The notes under the pieces are model-generated. The model did not search any database. It was not told where the DNA came from and saw only the letters and a list, made by a program, of their open reading frames with translations. From an uncultured Spirochaetales bacterium (lineage in GTDB: Bacteria > Myxococcota_A > UBA9160 > SMWR01), in contig CAZBSV010000005.1 of assembly GCA_964494795.1 (NCBI GenBank), positions 12,842 to 76,841 on the forward strand: DNA of 64,000 bases. Reading direction: 5' to 3'. Shown one piece after another: positions 18,912-26,956 of this stretch. The position numbers and the translations under genes were made by a program. Numbering within the stretch: the stretch's first letter is position 1; each line of letters begins with the position of its first letter.

Positions 18912-19519
18912 GCTCTCCCCTTGTGTCAGCGCGATGACCAGTCTACGCCGTGCGCCGAGATGTTTGCGCGGCGATCGACACGCCGCGCATTGGATTCATT
19001 CGCTTACTTCGGAGCGCCTGCCTCGCTCCACTCCACGACACGAGCACGACCGGCGATTCCGCGAGATACGGCTGACCGCGATATTGCCGGCCGCAATTGA
19101 ATGGTGGCTGGTTGGAGTGACGTGGTCGCAAGGTCCCCCGAGGCGGGCCAAGCTATCCCGGGGATGAGAGAGGCTCCGGAACCTCCAGAGCCCCCGGGTC
19201 GGATTCGGGTCCTCCATCCCTCCTCCAACTCGCTTCTCCTCGACGGCTGCCTGTAAATTGAAACCCCCCAGGCCATCGAGCAGACTGTCTCATCCCCGTC
19301 GGGCCTGTGTACTCCCAGCGCGCTGGAGCGTCAATAGAAATTCCACAAAATCTGGTGCTTATCTCCGCACTGACACACAACCCATTGAGCCTGAATGGTT
19401 TTTCATCCTTCGCAGCATGGCGGTGTCGGCCGGCCGCGCAGTACCTGCGCACACCAACGCCTCAAGTCCTTGAAATCATTGGTTTAACGCCCGATATAGG
19501 GCGCGGGTGCCGCGGCTTT
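18912..19519 (-). promoter_or_regulatory. 608-bp non-coding region upstream of nrdJ: AT-richer promoter-like patch plus long GC-rich leader
   Basis: No credible CDS. The locally AT-richer segment at 19325-19400 contains TTGACG-17nt-TACACA on the minus strand. About 400 nt of GC-rich sequence rich in self-complementary runs lies downstream of it. Confidence 0.3.
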
Positions 19520-20227
19520 TCAACGATCGCTTTCCGGAAGCCCCGTGAAGCGGATTCCGGTACCGCCGGCGACCCGGTAGCGGATGTTCAGGCCGATCAG
19601 CAGGGCCGTGATCGCCTCCGCGATCCGGGCGTTCGCGAGGGGGCCTCCATCGATCCCGCGCAGGCCGGGTACGAGTTCACACAGCGCCATGATCTGCCTT
19701 CGCGCGGGTTCTGGGCCGCAAACGACGACGTCGCAGTCGACGGGCCGTTCCAGCTCCCGGAGGCGCTCGGCGGCCACGTTTTGAAACGCCGAGACGGTTT
19801 GTACACCCTCCGGCAGCAGCGCGGCGACCATCTCCGCACACGAGCCCTGCCAGACTCCGAGCGTCTGGGTCGCCGGGCCTCCCGTCGCCGAGGCCAGCGG
19901 AACGCCCATCGACACCACGATCTGGCCCGCGACCAGCGCGCCGCGGATCGCCTTGACGCTGCTCGCGGTGTGTTCGAACGGAACGGAAAGGATGATTGCG
20001 CGCGCGCGGCGGCACGCCTGCTCGTTTTCGCAGCCCGAGACGTCAGCGCCCGGAACCGCCGCGCGGACGCGCTGTGCGGCCGCGTCGGCGCGTTCCGGGC
20101 TTCGAGAGCCGATCGCGACCGGTCGGCCTGCCTTCGCGAAACGCAATGCGAGCCCCAGCCCCTGTGCTCCGGTGCCGCCGAGAATCGCGATCGCGTCGTC
20201 GAAGTTCGGATCCGCCACGAGCCGCAA
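19520..20227 (-). CDS. NADPH-dependent F420 reductase-like oxidoreductase (NADP_oxidored_F420 fold)
   Basis: The N-terminal Rossmann motif is IAILGGTGAQGLGLALRFAKAGRPVAIGSRSPERA. Size (~235 aa) and layout match NpdG/FNO-type proteins as I remember them. Confidence 0.65.
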   Translation of the reverse strand: MRLVADPNFDDAIAILGGTGAQGLGLALRFAKAGRPVAIGSRSPERADAAAQRVRAAVPGADVSGCENEQACRRARAIILSVPFEHTASSVKAIRGALVAGQIVVSMGVPLASATGGPATQTLGVWQGSCAEMVAALLPEGVQTVSAFQNVAAERLRELERPVDCDVVVCGPEPARRQIMALCELVPGLRGIDGGPLANARIAEAITALLIGLNIRYRVAGGTGIRFTGLPESDR

Positions 20228-20295
20228 CGCTAGCCCGCGCGGATCCGCGTGTCTCGCTGAGCGGTCGGTGCGCGCGGAGCTAGAATTTGCGCGCC

Positions 20296-20607
20296 ATGGA
20301 TGACGCCCCTGCGACGACGCCGATCCGGATCGAACAAGCGGGCCCGAGCGAACTCGGGATCACCTGGTCCGACGGGCAGCAGAGTCGATACTCGGTGAGG
20401 CGGCTTCGGCTCGCGTGCGCGTGCGCTCACTGCGTCGACGAATGGTCCGGCGCGCCCCGCCTGGATGTCGAGTCCGTGCCCGAGGATGTCCACCCGCTGA
20501 AGATCCAAGGCGTCGGCCGCTACGCGATCCAGATCGATTGGAGCGACGGACATTCGACGGGGATCTATTCCTTCCGCCAGCTGCGCGCGCTCGACACGAG
20601 CGGCTGA
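20296..20607 (+). CDS. DUF971-family protein (gamma-butyrobetaine-hydroxylase-like N-terminal domain)
   Basis: LGITWSDGQQSRYSVRRLRLACACAHC...IDWSDGHSTGIYSF. Two repeated half-domains with a CxCxxC. Confidence 0.6.
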   Translation: MDDAPATTPIRIEQAGPSELGITWSDGQQSRYSVRRLRLACACAHCVDEWSGAPRLDVESVPEDVHPLKIQGVGRYAIQIDWSDGHSTGIYSFRQLRALDTSG

Positions 20608-20673
20608 GCGCCCCGCTTTCCGCTGCGCGGCCGCGGCGCTCGTCGCGCGCCGACGTGATATGCTCGGCCCCCC

Positions 20674-21498
20674 ATGCACGCGATCGATCTCGAAAAAGTG
20701 GCGGCTGCCGCGCAGGCCGCCGCCGATCTCGCGAGAGCAGAGACACTTCCGCGTTTCCGCAGCGTCGCGGTCGAGACGAAAAGCGACGGCACTCCCGTTA
20801 CCGAAGCCGATCGCGCCGCCGAGCGGGTGATCCGAAAACACCTCCAGCAGTGCTTTCCGGAGTTTTCGATCCTCGGAGAAGAATACGGCGCCGAGGGGAG
20901 AAGTGACGGCCCGGAGTGGATCATCGATCCCATCGACGGAACGCTCGGGTTCTCGCGCGGAATCCCGCTGTTCTCGACGCTGATCGCGCTTGCGATCGAC
21001 GGCGAACCCGTCATGGGGCTGATCGATCTGCCCGCCCTCGACGAGCGCTACGTCGGTTGGAAGGCAGGCGGCTGTCGTCGGAACGGCAAGCCGACGCGGG
21101 TGTCCAGCGAGACGGATCTGCAGCGCGCGATCATTTCGCACGGCGACCCCTTCTGTTTCGACGAACGCGGCGAGAGGCGAGCCTTCGAGCGGATGGCGCG
21201 CGAAATCCCGATCCTGCGCGGTTACACGGACGCGTTCGGCTACGCGCAGGTCCTCGGCGGCGGCGTCGGCGCCATGCTGGACATGGGCCTGCGCATCTGG
21301 GACGTCGCGCCCGTTCAGATCCTGGTACCCGAGGCGGGCGGCCGCTGCGTGACGCTGTCCGAGCGCGATGGAAAACTCGGACTCGTAGTCGGGAACCCAT
21401 CGCTCGTCGATCAGCTGATGGCCTATCTCTCCGATACCAGCGCGGAACGCGATAGTCTCCGATACCAGCGCGGAACGCGAGAGCCGCTGAGTACCTGA
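20674..21498 (+). CDS. inositol monophosphatase family (HisN/SuhB-like) phosphatase
   Basis: TEADRAAE, ILGEE, WIIDPIDGT and WDVAP motifs. Confidence 0.8.
   Translation: MHAIDLEKVAAAAQAAADLARAETLPRFRSVAVETKSDGTPVTEADRAAERVIRKHLQQCFPEFSILGEEYGAEGRSDGPEWIIDPIDGTLGFSRGIPLFSTLIALAIDGEPVMGLIDLPALDERYVGWKAGGCRRNGKPTRVSSETDLQRAIISHGDPFCFDERGERRAFERMAREIPILRGYTDAFGYAQVLGGGVGAMLDMGLRIWDVAPVQILVPEAGGRCVTLSERDGKLGLVVGNPSLVDQLMAYLSDTSAERDSLRYQRGTREPLST
21428..21483. repeat. 28-bp tandem duplication (27/28 identical) inside the last codons of the phosphatase gene
   Basis: TCTCCGATACCAGCGCGGAACGCGATAG / TCTCCGATACCAGCGCGGAACGCGAGAG. Confidence 0.95.
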
Positions 21499-21521
21499 AC
21501 TCCTAAACAGCTGCGCGGAAC

Positions 21522-21588
21522 GCTAGTGGGGGAAGCTTCGCTTCCCTTGCGGCGCACCTCGAACCCGTTCCGGGTTCGAGGTGCTAGC
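21522..21588. repeat. 67-bp double-hairpin palindromic element, copy 1 (inverted relative to copy 2 at 56646..56712)
   Basis: GCTAGTGGG-GGAAGCTTCGCTTCC-CTTGCGGCGC-ACCTCGAACCCGTTCCGGGTTCGAGGT-GCTAGC. It is the reverse complement of copy 2 with one mismatch. The terminal CTA supplies the TAG stop of the minus-strand gene 21584..22060. Confidence 0.95.
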
Positions 21589-22060
21589 GACCGGGCACCA
21601 CCATGAGCGTCGCCGTGCGGTGGGGCGGGTGTAGTTGGCATCCGATCGTGTAGATCGCCGCGTGCTCGAGGGCGGGAAGCTCGATCTTGGTTTCTTCGCC
21701 GGGATTCAGCACGGTTTCGATCGACAATCCCTTGATCGCAAAGCCGTGTGGTTGGTCGGTGGTGTTGAAGACCGAAAGCAATTGAGGCCTGCCCGCGGTG
21801 ACGACGATCGTCGACGGGATGAACACGTTCTTTCCGCCGACCAAGGCGCTGATCACCTGGACGCTGGCGACATCGCTGCTGTATCCGCGAGCATCGCCGG
21901 TCGCGTCGGCGCCGCGGTGAGCCGCGCATCCATTCGTGGTGGCGAGTAACAGGCCGGTGGTGGCGAGTAACAGGCCGGTGGCGGCGAGTCGCAGGCCGGT
22001 GGCGGCGAGTAGCAGGCCGATCGCGACGGCTCCGACTCGGACTGAAGATCGAACGCTCAT
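21584..22060 (-). CDS. cupredoxin-like (type-1 copper) lipoprotein/secreted protein
   Basis: Signal sequence followed by TTNGC (possible lipobox). Candidate Cu ligands are PHGF and GCQLHPPHRTATLM (a C..H..M pattern). Confidence 0.6.
   Translation of the reverse strand: MSVRSSVRVGAVAIGLLLAATGLRLAATGLLLATTGLLLATTNGCAAHRGADATGDARGYSSDVASVQVISALVGGKNVFIPSTIVVTAGRPQLLSVFNTTDQPHGFAIKGLSIETVLNPGEETKIELPALEHAAIYTIGCQLHPPHRTATLMVVPGR
21938..22021. repeat. 21-bp tandem repeat x4 inside the signal-peptide coding region
   Basis: GGTGGCGAGTAACAGGCCGGT x2, GGCGGCGAGTCGCAGGCCGGT, GGCGGCGAGTAGCAGGCCGAT. On the minus strand it is in frame and encodes LLLAATG/LRLAATG/LLLATTG/LLLATT. Confidence 0.9.
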
Positions 22061-22118
22061 GGCACCCCCGGGCGAAAATGCGCTTCGCTGACTGTGCGAT
22101 CACGCTATCCTAGGCGGC

Positions 22119-23801
22119 TTGCATTTTCCAGGACTCGCGAAAGGATCCTCGATGGCTGCCGAAGCGACTCTCTCCGACGCCCGATCGCTGCTCGACGCGG
22201 CAGAGAAACTTCTCGACCAGACCGTCGAGCGCGCGAGCGCGGTTACACAGGGCGGCGAGCGAATCGACGATCACCAGGTGCTGGCCGAACGCGTCGCATA
22301 CGCGGTGACAGAGGGGCGGGCCGCGCGCGCAGCGCTGGATTTTGCGGCAGCGCTTCGCGAGGAGGGAAGATCCTCCGCGATCCTCGAGACGACGTTCGCG
22401 GCCGCGGTGGCGCATCTCGTCGAAAGCCTGCGCGTTCGCCTCGCCCCCGCCGTCGACGATCTTGGAATCGGCGAGGAGGCGTTCGAGGTAGCGTTCCCCG
22501 CGGACGTCCGCGCGCTGCTGCGGCGCGTCGGACACGAGTCGGTGTTCAGAGCAATTGGTCGCCACGTCATCGACACGCGTGGGCGAAACGATGTTCCGCT
22601 CGACGAGATGTCAGAACAGGTCCGCGAATCGGTGCGCGAGTTCGCGGGTGCGGAGATCGCGCCGAAGGCCGAGCACATCCACCGCAGCGATGCTCTGGTT
22701 CCCGAGGAGTTCATCACCAAGATGAGCGAACTCGGTTATTTCGGGATGGGCATCCCCGAGCGTTACGGCGGCTCCGAGATGGGCAATCTTGCGATGATCC
22801 TCACGACGGAAGAGCTATCGAGGGTTTCGCTGGCCGGCGCGGGGTCGCTCATCACCCGACCCGAGATTCTCACCAAGGCGCTGCTCGGGGGCGGCACCGC
22901 AGCGCAGAAACAGCATTGGCTGCCGAGGATCGCGTCCGGCGAAATCATGGTCGCGATCGCCGTCACCGAACCGGATGTCGGCAGCGACGTCGCCGCCGTC
23001 AAGTGCAAGGCCGAGCCGCGCAGGCTCGAAGGCCGCGACCAATGGGTCATCAGCGGCCCGAAGTCGTGGTGCACGTTCGCAGGTCGGGCCGACGTGCTCG
23101 CATTGTTGGCGCGAACCGATCCGGATGTTTCGAAGGGTGCGCGCGGCCTTTCGCTGTTCATCGTCCCGAAAGACGCTTTCACGGGACACGAATTCGAAAT
23201 GACGCAGTCGGGTGGAGGTCGATTGGTCGGAAAGGCAGACGCCACGCCGGGCTATCGCGGGATGCATTCTTTCACGCTGAATTTCGACAACTATGCGGTG
23301 CCGTTGGATCATCTCGTCGGCGGTGACGCAAATCTCGGACGAGGCTTCTATCTCCAGATGGCGGGTTTTGCGGCGGGCCGGCTCCAAACCGGTGGCCGCG
23401 CCTGTGGACTCGCGCAGGGGGCGCTCGAAAAAACCGCCGAGTACGTGGTGGATCGAACTCAATTTGCCAAGCCGCTTTCGGAATTTCAACTCACCCAGTA
23501 CGCGCTGGGGCGGATGGCAGCTCGGCTGACCGGCGCCCGTGCGATCACCTACGCGGCTGCGATCGCGATGGACGAAGACGAGCGCGCAGCGTCTACACTC
23601 GCCGCGCAGGCGAAACTCCTCAGCTGCGACGTGGCGGTCGAACTCACCCAGCAGGGTCAGTTGCTGCACGGAGGATGGGGTTATGCGGAGGAGTATCCGA
23701 TCAGCCGCTACGTGGTCGACGCCCAGGTGCTACCGATCTTCGAAGGTGTCAAGCCGATCCTCGAGCTCAAGGTGATTGCGCGCAGCTTGCTCGCGGGGTG
23801 A
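22119..23801 (+). CDS. acyl-CoA dehydrogenase, long form (start uncertain)
   Basis: ACAD middle and C-terminal domains: AVTEPDVGSDVAAVKC, WCTFAG, and QLLHGGWGYAEEYPISRYVVDAQVLPIFEG. Confidence 0.85.
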   Translation: MHFPGLAKGSSMAAEATLSDARSLLDAAEKLLDQTVERASAVTQGGERIDDHQVLAERVAYAVTEGRAARAALDFAAALREEGRSSAILETTFAAAVAHLVESLRVRLAPAVDDLGIGEEAFEVAFPADVRALLRRVGHESVFRAIGRHVIDTRGRNDVPLDEMSEQVRESVREFAGAEIAPKAEHIHRSDALVPEEFITKMSELGYFGMGIPERYGGSEMGNLAMILTTEELSRVSLAGAGSLITRPEILTKALLGGGTAAQKQHWLPRIASGEIMVAIAVTEPDVGSDVAAVKCKAEPRRLEGRDQWVISGPKSWCTFAGRADVLALLARTDPDVSKGARGLSLFIVPKDAFTGHEFEMTQSGGGRLVGKADATPGYRGMHSFTLNFDNYAVPLDHLVGGDANLGRGFYLQMAGFAAGRLQTGGRACGLAQGALEKTAEYVVDRTQFAKPLSEFQLTQYALGRMAARLTGARAITYAAAIAMDEDERAASTLAAQAKLLSCDVAVELTQQGQLLHGGWGYAEEYPISRYVVDAQVLPIFEGVKPILELKVIARSLLAG

Positions 23802-23875
23802 TCGGGTTGCGCGCTCGCGGGTTGATCTCGCTGCGAGTTCGCGGGTTGAGCTGGCTGCGTGCTCGCGCGGCGGGG
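23780..23875. repeat. imperfect 24-bp tandem repeat x4
   Basis: GCGCAGCTTGCTCGCGGGGTGATC / GGGTTGCGCGCTCGCGGGTTGATC / TCGCTGCGAGTTCGCGGGTTGAGC / TGGCTGCGTGCTCGCGCGGCGGGG. Unit 1 contains the last codons and TGA stop of the ACAD gene. Confidence 0.7.
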
Positions 23876-23901
23876 TCTAGATCCGCCCCTGCGCGGCGCG
23901 A

Positions 23902-24213
23902 TCAGTCGGACGGTTCGTTCTTTTTGGCGCGCTTTTCCTTGATCGCGGACCAGGTGAAGTAGATCGCGGCGAGCGAGAAACCCGCGAGTCCGTATTGGTT
24001 GAACCGCGGGTAATTCCGATAGGCGTCGGAAGCGGTGACGATGTCCCAGCCGAACCAGACCGCAAAGGCCCAGAGCAGCACGGGAAGGAAAAATGGATTG
24101 TCGAACGGGGTGGGGGCGGGCGCGTCAGCGTCTTCTTCGTCGCGCTCGCTGTCGCGTTGATCCTGATCTTCGCTCATGGCGCCGAGAATAGCGCGGGCGG
24201 CCGCGCGAGCCAC
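23902..24213 (-). CDS. small two-TM membrane protein, hypothetical (start may be the ATG at 24178)
   Basis: Acidic N-terminus, then FFLPVLLWAFAVWFGW and GLAGFSLAAIYFTW helices, then a basic tail. Confidence 0.5.
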   Translation of the reverse strand: MARAAARAILGAMSEDQDQRDSERDEEDADAPAPTPFDNPFFLPVLLWAFAVWFGWDIVTASDAYRNYPRFNQYGLAGFSLAAIYFTWSAIKEKRAKKNEPSD

Positions 24214-24409
24214 GCAGATCGGACTTCGCGCGGCAGCGACACTTCAGGTTCCCGGCGGTGTCTGGCCCGAATAGAGCGCGCAACTCCGGTAGGCGTCGAG
24301 CAGGTCCTCCACGAAGACCTGACTGTCGAGACTGCGAGCACGATCGCGAAGCGGACGGATCGCGCGATGAAGTCCCGATCCAACTCGCCGTTGTTGTTCA
24401 TGTGCGCGT

Positions 24410-25723
24410 CTAGCCTTCCAGAAACGAGCGCAATACGTCGATCATCGGCTCGACGTCCGCCGTTCCGGCCATTTCGCGGCACGAGTGCATCGAGAGCATC
24501 GGGTTGCCGACGTCGACGGTGCGGATCCCGATCCGCGCGGCGGTAATCGGGCCAATCGTGGATCCACACGCGAGATCGCTGCGCGACACGAAGTGTTGGG
24601 GCTTGATTCCCAAACGATCACACAGCCCCGCAAACACGCCGGCCGTCTGCGCATCACTCGCATACGACTGATTGGCGTTGGTCTTGATCACGGGCCCACG
24701 GCCGATGACCGGGCGATGTTCGGGCTCGTGTCGATCCGGGTAGTTGGGGTGGATGGCGTGCGCCATGTCGGCGGAAATCAGCATGGAACGCGCCACTGCT
24801 CGTTCGAGGCCCTGCGGTTCGCCTCCCTTGAAGCCCGCGATCGTTCGCTCGAGGACTCCGGCGAGAAGTGGGCTCGCCGCTCCGCGGGCGCTTCGGCTTC
24901 CGACTTCTTCGTGATCGTAGAGCACCACGATGCGCGTGTGCCGCGGCAGCGGCTTCGATCCCGCACCGATCAGGGCGGTCAAGGCGGCATGACAGGAAGC
25001 CAGGTTGTCGAGCCGCGAGGCGTGGATGAATTCGCCGCGCGCGCCCGAGACCATCGAAGGTTGCACGTCGTAGGTCATCAAATCGAAGGCCAGCAGGTCT
25101 GCGGCCTCGACCTCGATCTGATGCTGTGCGCGGAGTTCCGAGGTGAGCAGGTCCCGCAGCGGGGGCGACTCCTCCAACCCGATGATCGGCGCCATGTGCT
25201 GCTGGGCGTTGAGCTTGAGCCCGTCGTTGGCCAGCTCGCGCTGCAGGTGGATCGCGAGATTGGGAATGCGGAGAATGGGCCGGCCGAAATCGATCAGGAG
25301 TGTGCGCGGCTCGGGTTCGCGTCGGAGCGTCACGCGCCCCGCGAGCGACAGATCCCGATCGAGCCAACTGTGGAGCAGCGCGCCGCCGTAGGGTTCGACG
25401 CCGAGTTGGCGATAGCCGTGGGCGTTGACGTCGGGGGTCGGCTTGACGCGCAGATTCGGCGAGTCCGTGTGAGCACCGACGATGCGGAAACCGCCCAGCG
25501 CGGGCGAGCTTTCACCGATCTCGAACGCGATTAGGCTGCCCTCGTGGCGAACCGCGTAGCGCCGATCGCCCGGCGAAAGTTCCCAGATTTCGTCTTCGCG
25601 GATCGCCGCGTAGCCGGCGCTTCTCAGGCGATTGACGCACTCCGCGACGGCGTGATAGGGAGTGGGTGCGCGATCGATGAAGGAAAGAAGGTCGACGACC
25701 GGGTCCGACATGGCGCCGAGCAT
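24410..25723 (-). CDS. apeB: M18 family aspartyl aminopeptidase
   Basis: PTPYHAV, RIVGAHTDSPNLRVKP, DHEEVGS and SADMAHAIHPNYP. Confidence 0.88.
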   Translation of the reverse strand: MLGAMSDPVVDLLSFIDRAPTPYHAVAECVNRLRSAGYAAIREDEIWELSPGDRRYAVRHEGSLIAFEIGESSPALGGFRIVGAHTDSPNLRVKPTPDVNAHGYRQLGVEPYGGALLHSWLDRDLSLAGRVTLRREPEPRTLLIDFGRPILRIPNLAIHLQRELANDGLKLNAQQHMAPIIGLEESPPLRDLLTSELRAQHQIEVEAADLLAFDLMTYDVQPSMVSGARGEFIHASRLDNLASCHAALTALIGAGSKPLPRHTRIVVLYDHEEVGSRSARGAASPLLAGVLERTIAGFKGGEPQGLERAVARSMLISADMAHAIHPNYPDRHEPEHRPVIGRGPVIKTNANQSYASDAQTAGVFAGLCDRLGIKPQHFVSRSDLACGSTIGPITAARIGIRTVDVGNPMLSMHSCREMAGTADVEPMIDVLRSFLEG

Positions 25724-25818
25724 AACACGCTACAGGGCGGCTCCCCCTGGGGGAGACGCTTCATTGGAGCGACGCAGCCGAATTCCGGACTCCATTTCGG
25801 CTTTTGCCTTGACAAGAA

Positions 25819-25833
25819 ATGACTTGAAGTCAT
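25819..25833. promoter_or_regulatory. perfect 15-bp palindrome ATGACTTGAAGTCAT next to a TTGACA hexamer; candidate operator
   Basis: TTGACA at 25809-25814. The palindrome (7-1-7) is at 25819-25833, in the divergent region between the aminopeptidase gene and the first gene of the FAS-like operon. Confidence 0.3.
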
Positions 25834-26008
25834 CCTTGGGCGAGCCCACGAGAGGACTACGACGCTGGTCCGGTCGCTCATACCAGGGATAGTGCTCTCT
25901 ACACAACCTAGATATTGGCCGCGACGAAACCCGGGAGCTTTTTCGTGAGGCGGCCCTGAGCGGGCGCCTTGTGTCTAATCAGCAACTGCGAGTCATGGCG
26001 GGGGGCGC

Positions 26009-26956
26009 ATGAATCAGGACTTCAACCGCGACCAATGGGCGATCGTGCTCGGAGGCTCGAGCGGTTTCGGGCTCGCGACTGCCCAGAAGCTCGCCGAGCA
26101 CGGCATGAGCCTGTGCGTCGTACATCGCGATCGGCGCGGCGCCATGTCGCGCATCGAGCCCGAATTCGAGAAGATTCGCGGCACGGGCGCGGCGCTGCTC
26201 AGCTTCAACACGGACGCGCTCGATCCCGCCAAACGCGACGAGATCCTGACGGAATTGAAGCGCGCGATGGGTACGGACGGCCGAGTGCGGGTTCTGCTTC
26301 ACTCGATCGCGTTCGGTAATCTCAAGCTGATCGCACCCGAGAAGCTGGCAGCTTCGACTACGGCGCGCGACCTCGCGGAACGGCTCGGAGTTGCGGAGGA
26401 AAGCCTGAAGGCAGCGGCGGACCAACTGTTCGAGGCGGGCGCCGACGGCCTCCACACGCTGGCCGCGCGACCGACCTATCCGGATCGCTCCTACATCGAC
26501 GACGAGGATCTCGGGCGAACGATCTACAGTATGGGAACGAGCCTGCTCGGGTGGTCCCAGGTCGTGCTGGAGCGCGGCCTGTTTGCGGATGACGCGCGCA
26601 TCTTCGGTCTCACCAGCGAGGGAAACGAAGTTGCCTGGAAGGGTTACGCGGCCGTGGCGGCCGCCAAGGTGGCGATGGAGTCGATCACGCGTTCGATGGC
26701 GGTGGAACTCGCTCCGTATGGAATCCGATCCAATGTGATTCAAGCCGGTGTGACCGATACTGCCGCGCTGCAGGCGATCCCCGGCAGCCTCCAGCTCAAG
26801 GCCCAGGCCCGCCAGCGCAATCCCTTCGGGCGCCTGACGACGCCCGCTGATGTTGCCAACGTGATTTATCTGCTGTCCACGCCAGAAGCGTCCTGGATCA
26901 ATGGCGAAGTGATTCGAGTGGACGGCGGCGAGCACATCTCGGGAGTGCTGAAGTGA
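26009..26956 (+). CDS. enoyl-ACP reductase-like SDR (FabI/FabL-type signatures)
   Basis: GGSSGFGLA nucleotide loop. HSIAFG replaces the classical NNAG. Y-x6-K (YAAVAAAK) replaces YxxxK. There appears to be an extra segment between them. Confidence 0.7.
   Translation: MNQDFNRDQWAIVLGGSSGFGLATAQKLAEHGMSLCVVHRDRRGAMSRIEPEFEKIRGTGAALLSFNTDALDPAKRDEILTELKRAMGTDGRVRVLLHSIAFGNLKLIAPEKLAASTTARDLAERLGVAEESLKAAADQLFEAGADGLHTLAARPTYPDRSYIDDEDLGRTIYSMGTSLLGWSQVVLERGLFADDARIFGLTSEGNEVAWKGYAAVAAAKVAMESITRSMAVELAPYGIRSNVIQAGVTDTAALQAIPGSLQLKAQARQRNPFGRLTTPADVANVIYLLSTPEASWINGEVIRVDGGEHISGVLK

Noticed and set aside
17040-19100. 686-aa plus-strand ORF
   Set aside because: It is entirely antisense to nrdJ, whose translation has unmistakable class II RNR motifs. 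The plus-strand product is Arg/Ala/Gly/Val-rich with no motifs. It is a typical high-GC shadow ORF.
18912-19519. Cobalamin riboswitch or NrdR boxes upstream of nrdJ
   Set aside because: A stretch AGGGATGGAGGACCCGAATCC vaguely resembles the AGGGAA...GGTGAAAATCC core. I could find no B12 box (AGCCAGGAGACCTGCC-like) or GCCACTG element. The NrdR-like palindrome matches at only 5 of 7 paired positions and is single. This is too weak to call without a covariance-model search.
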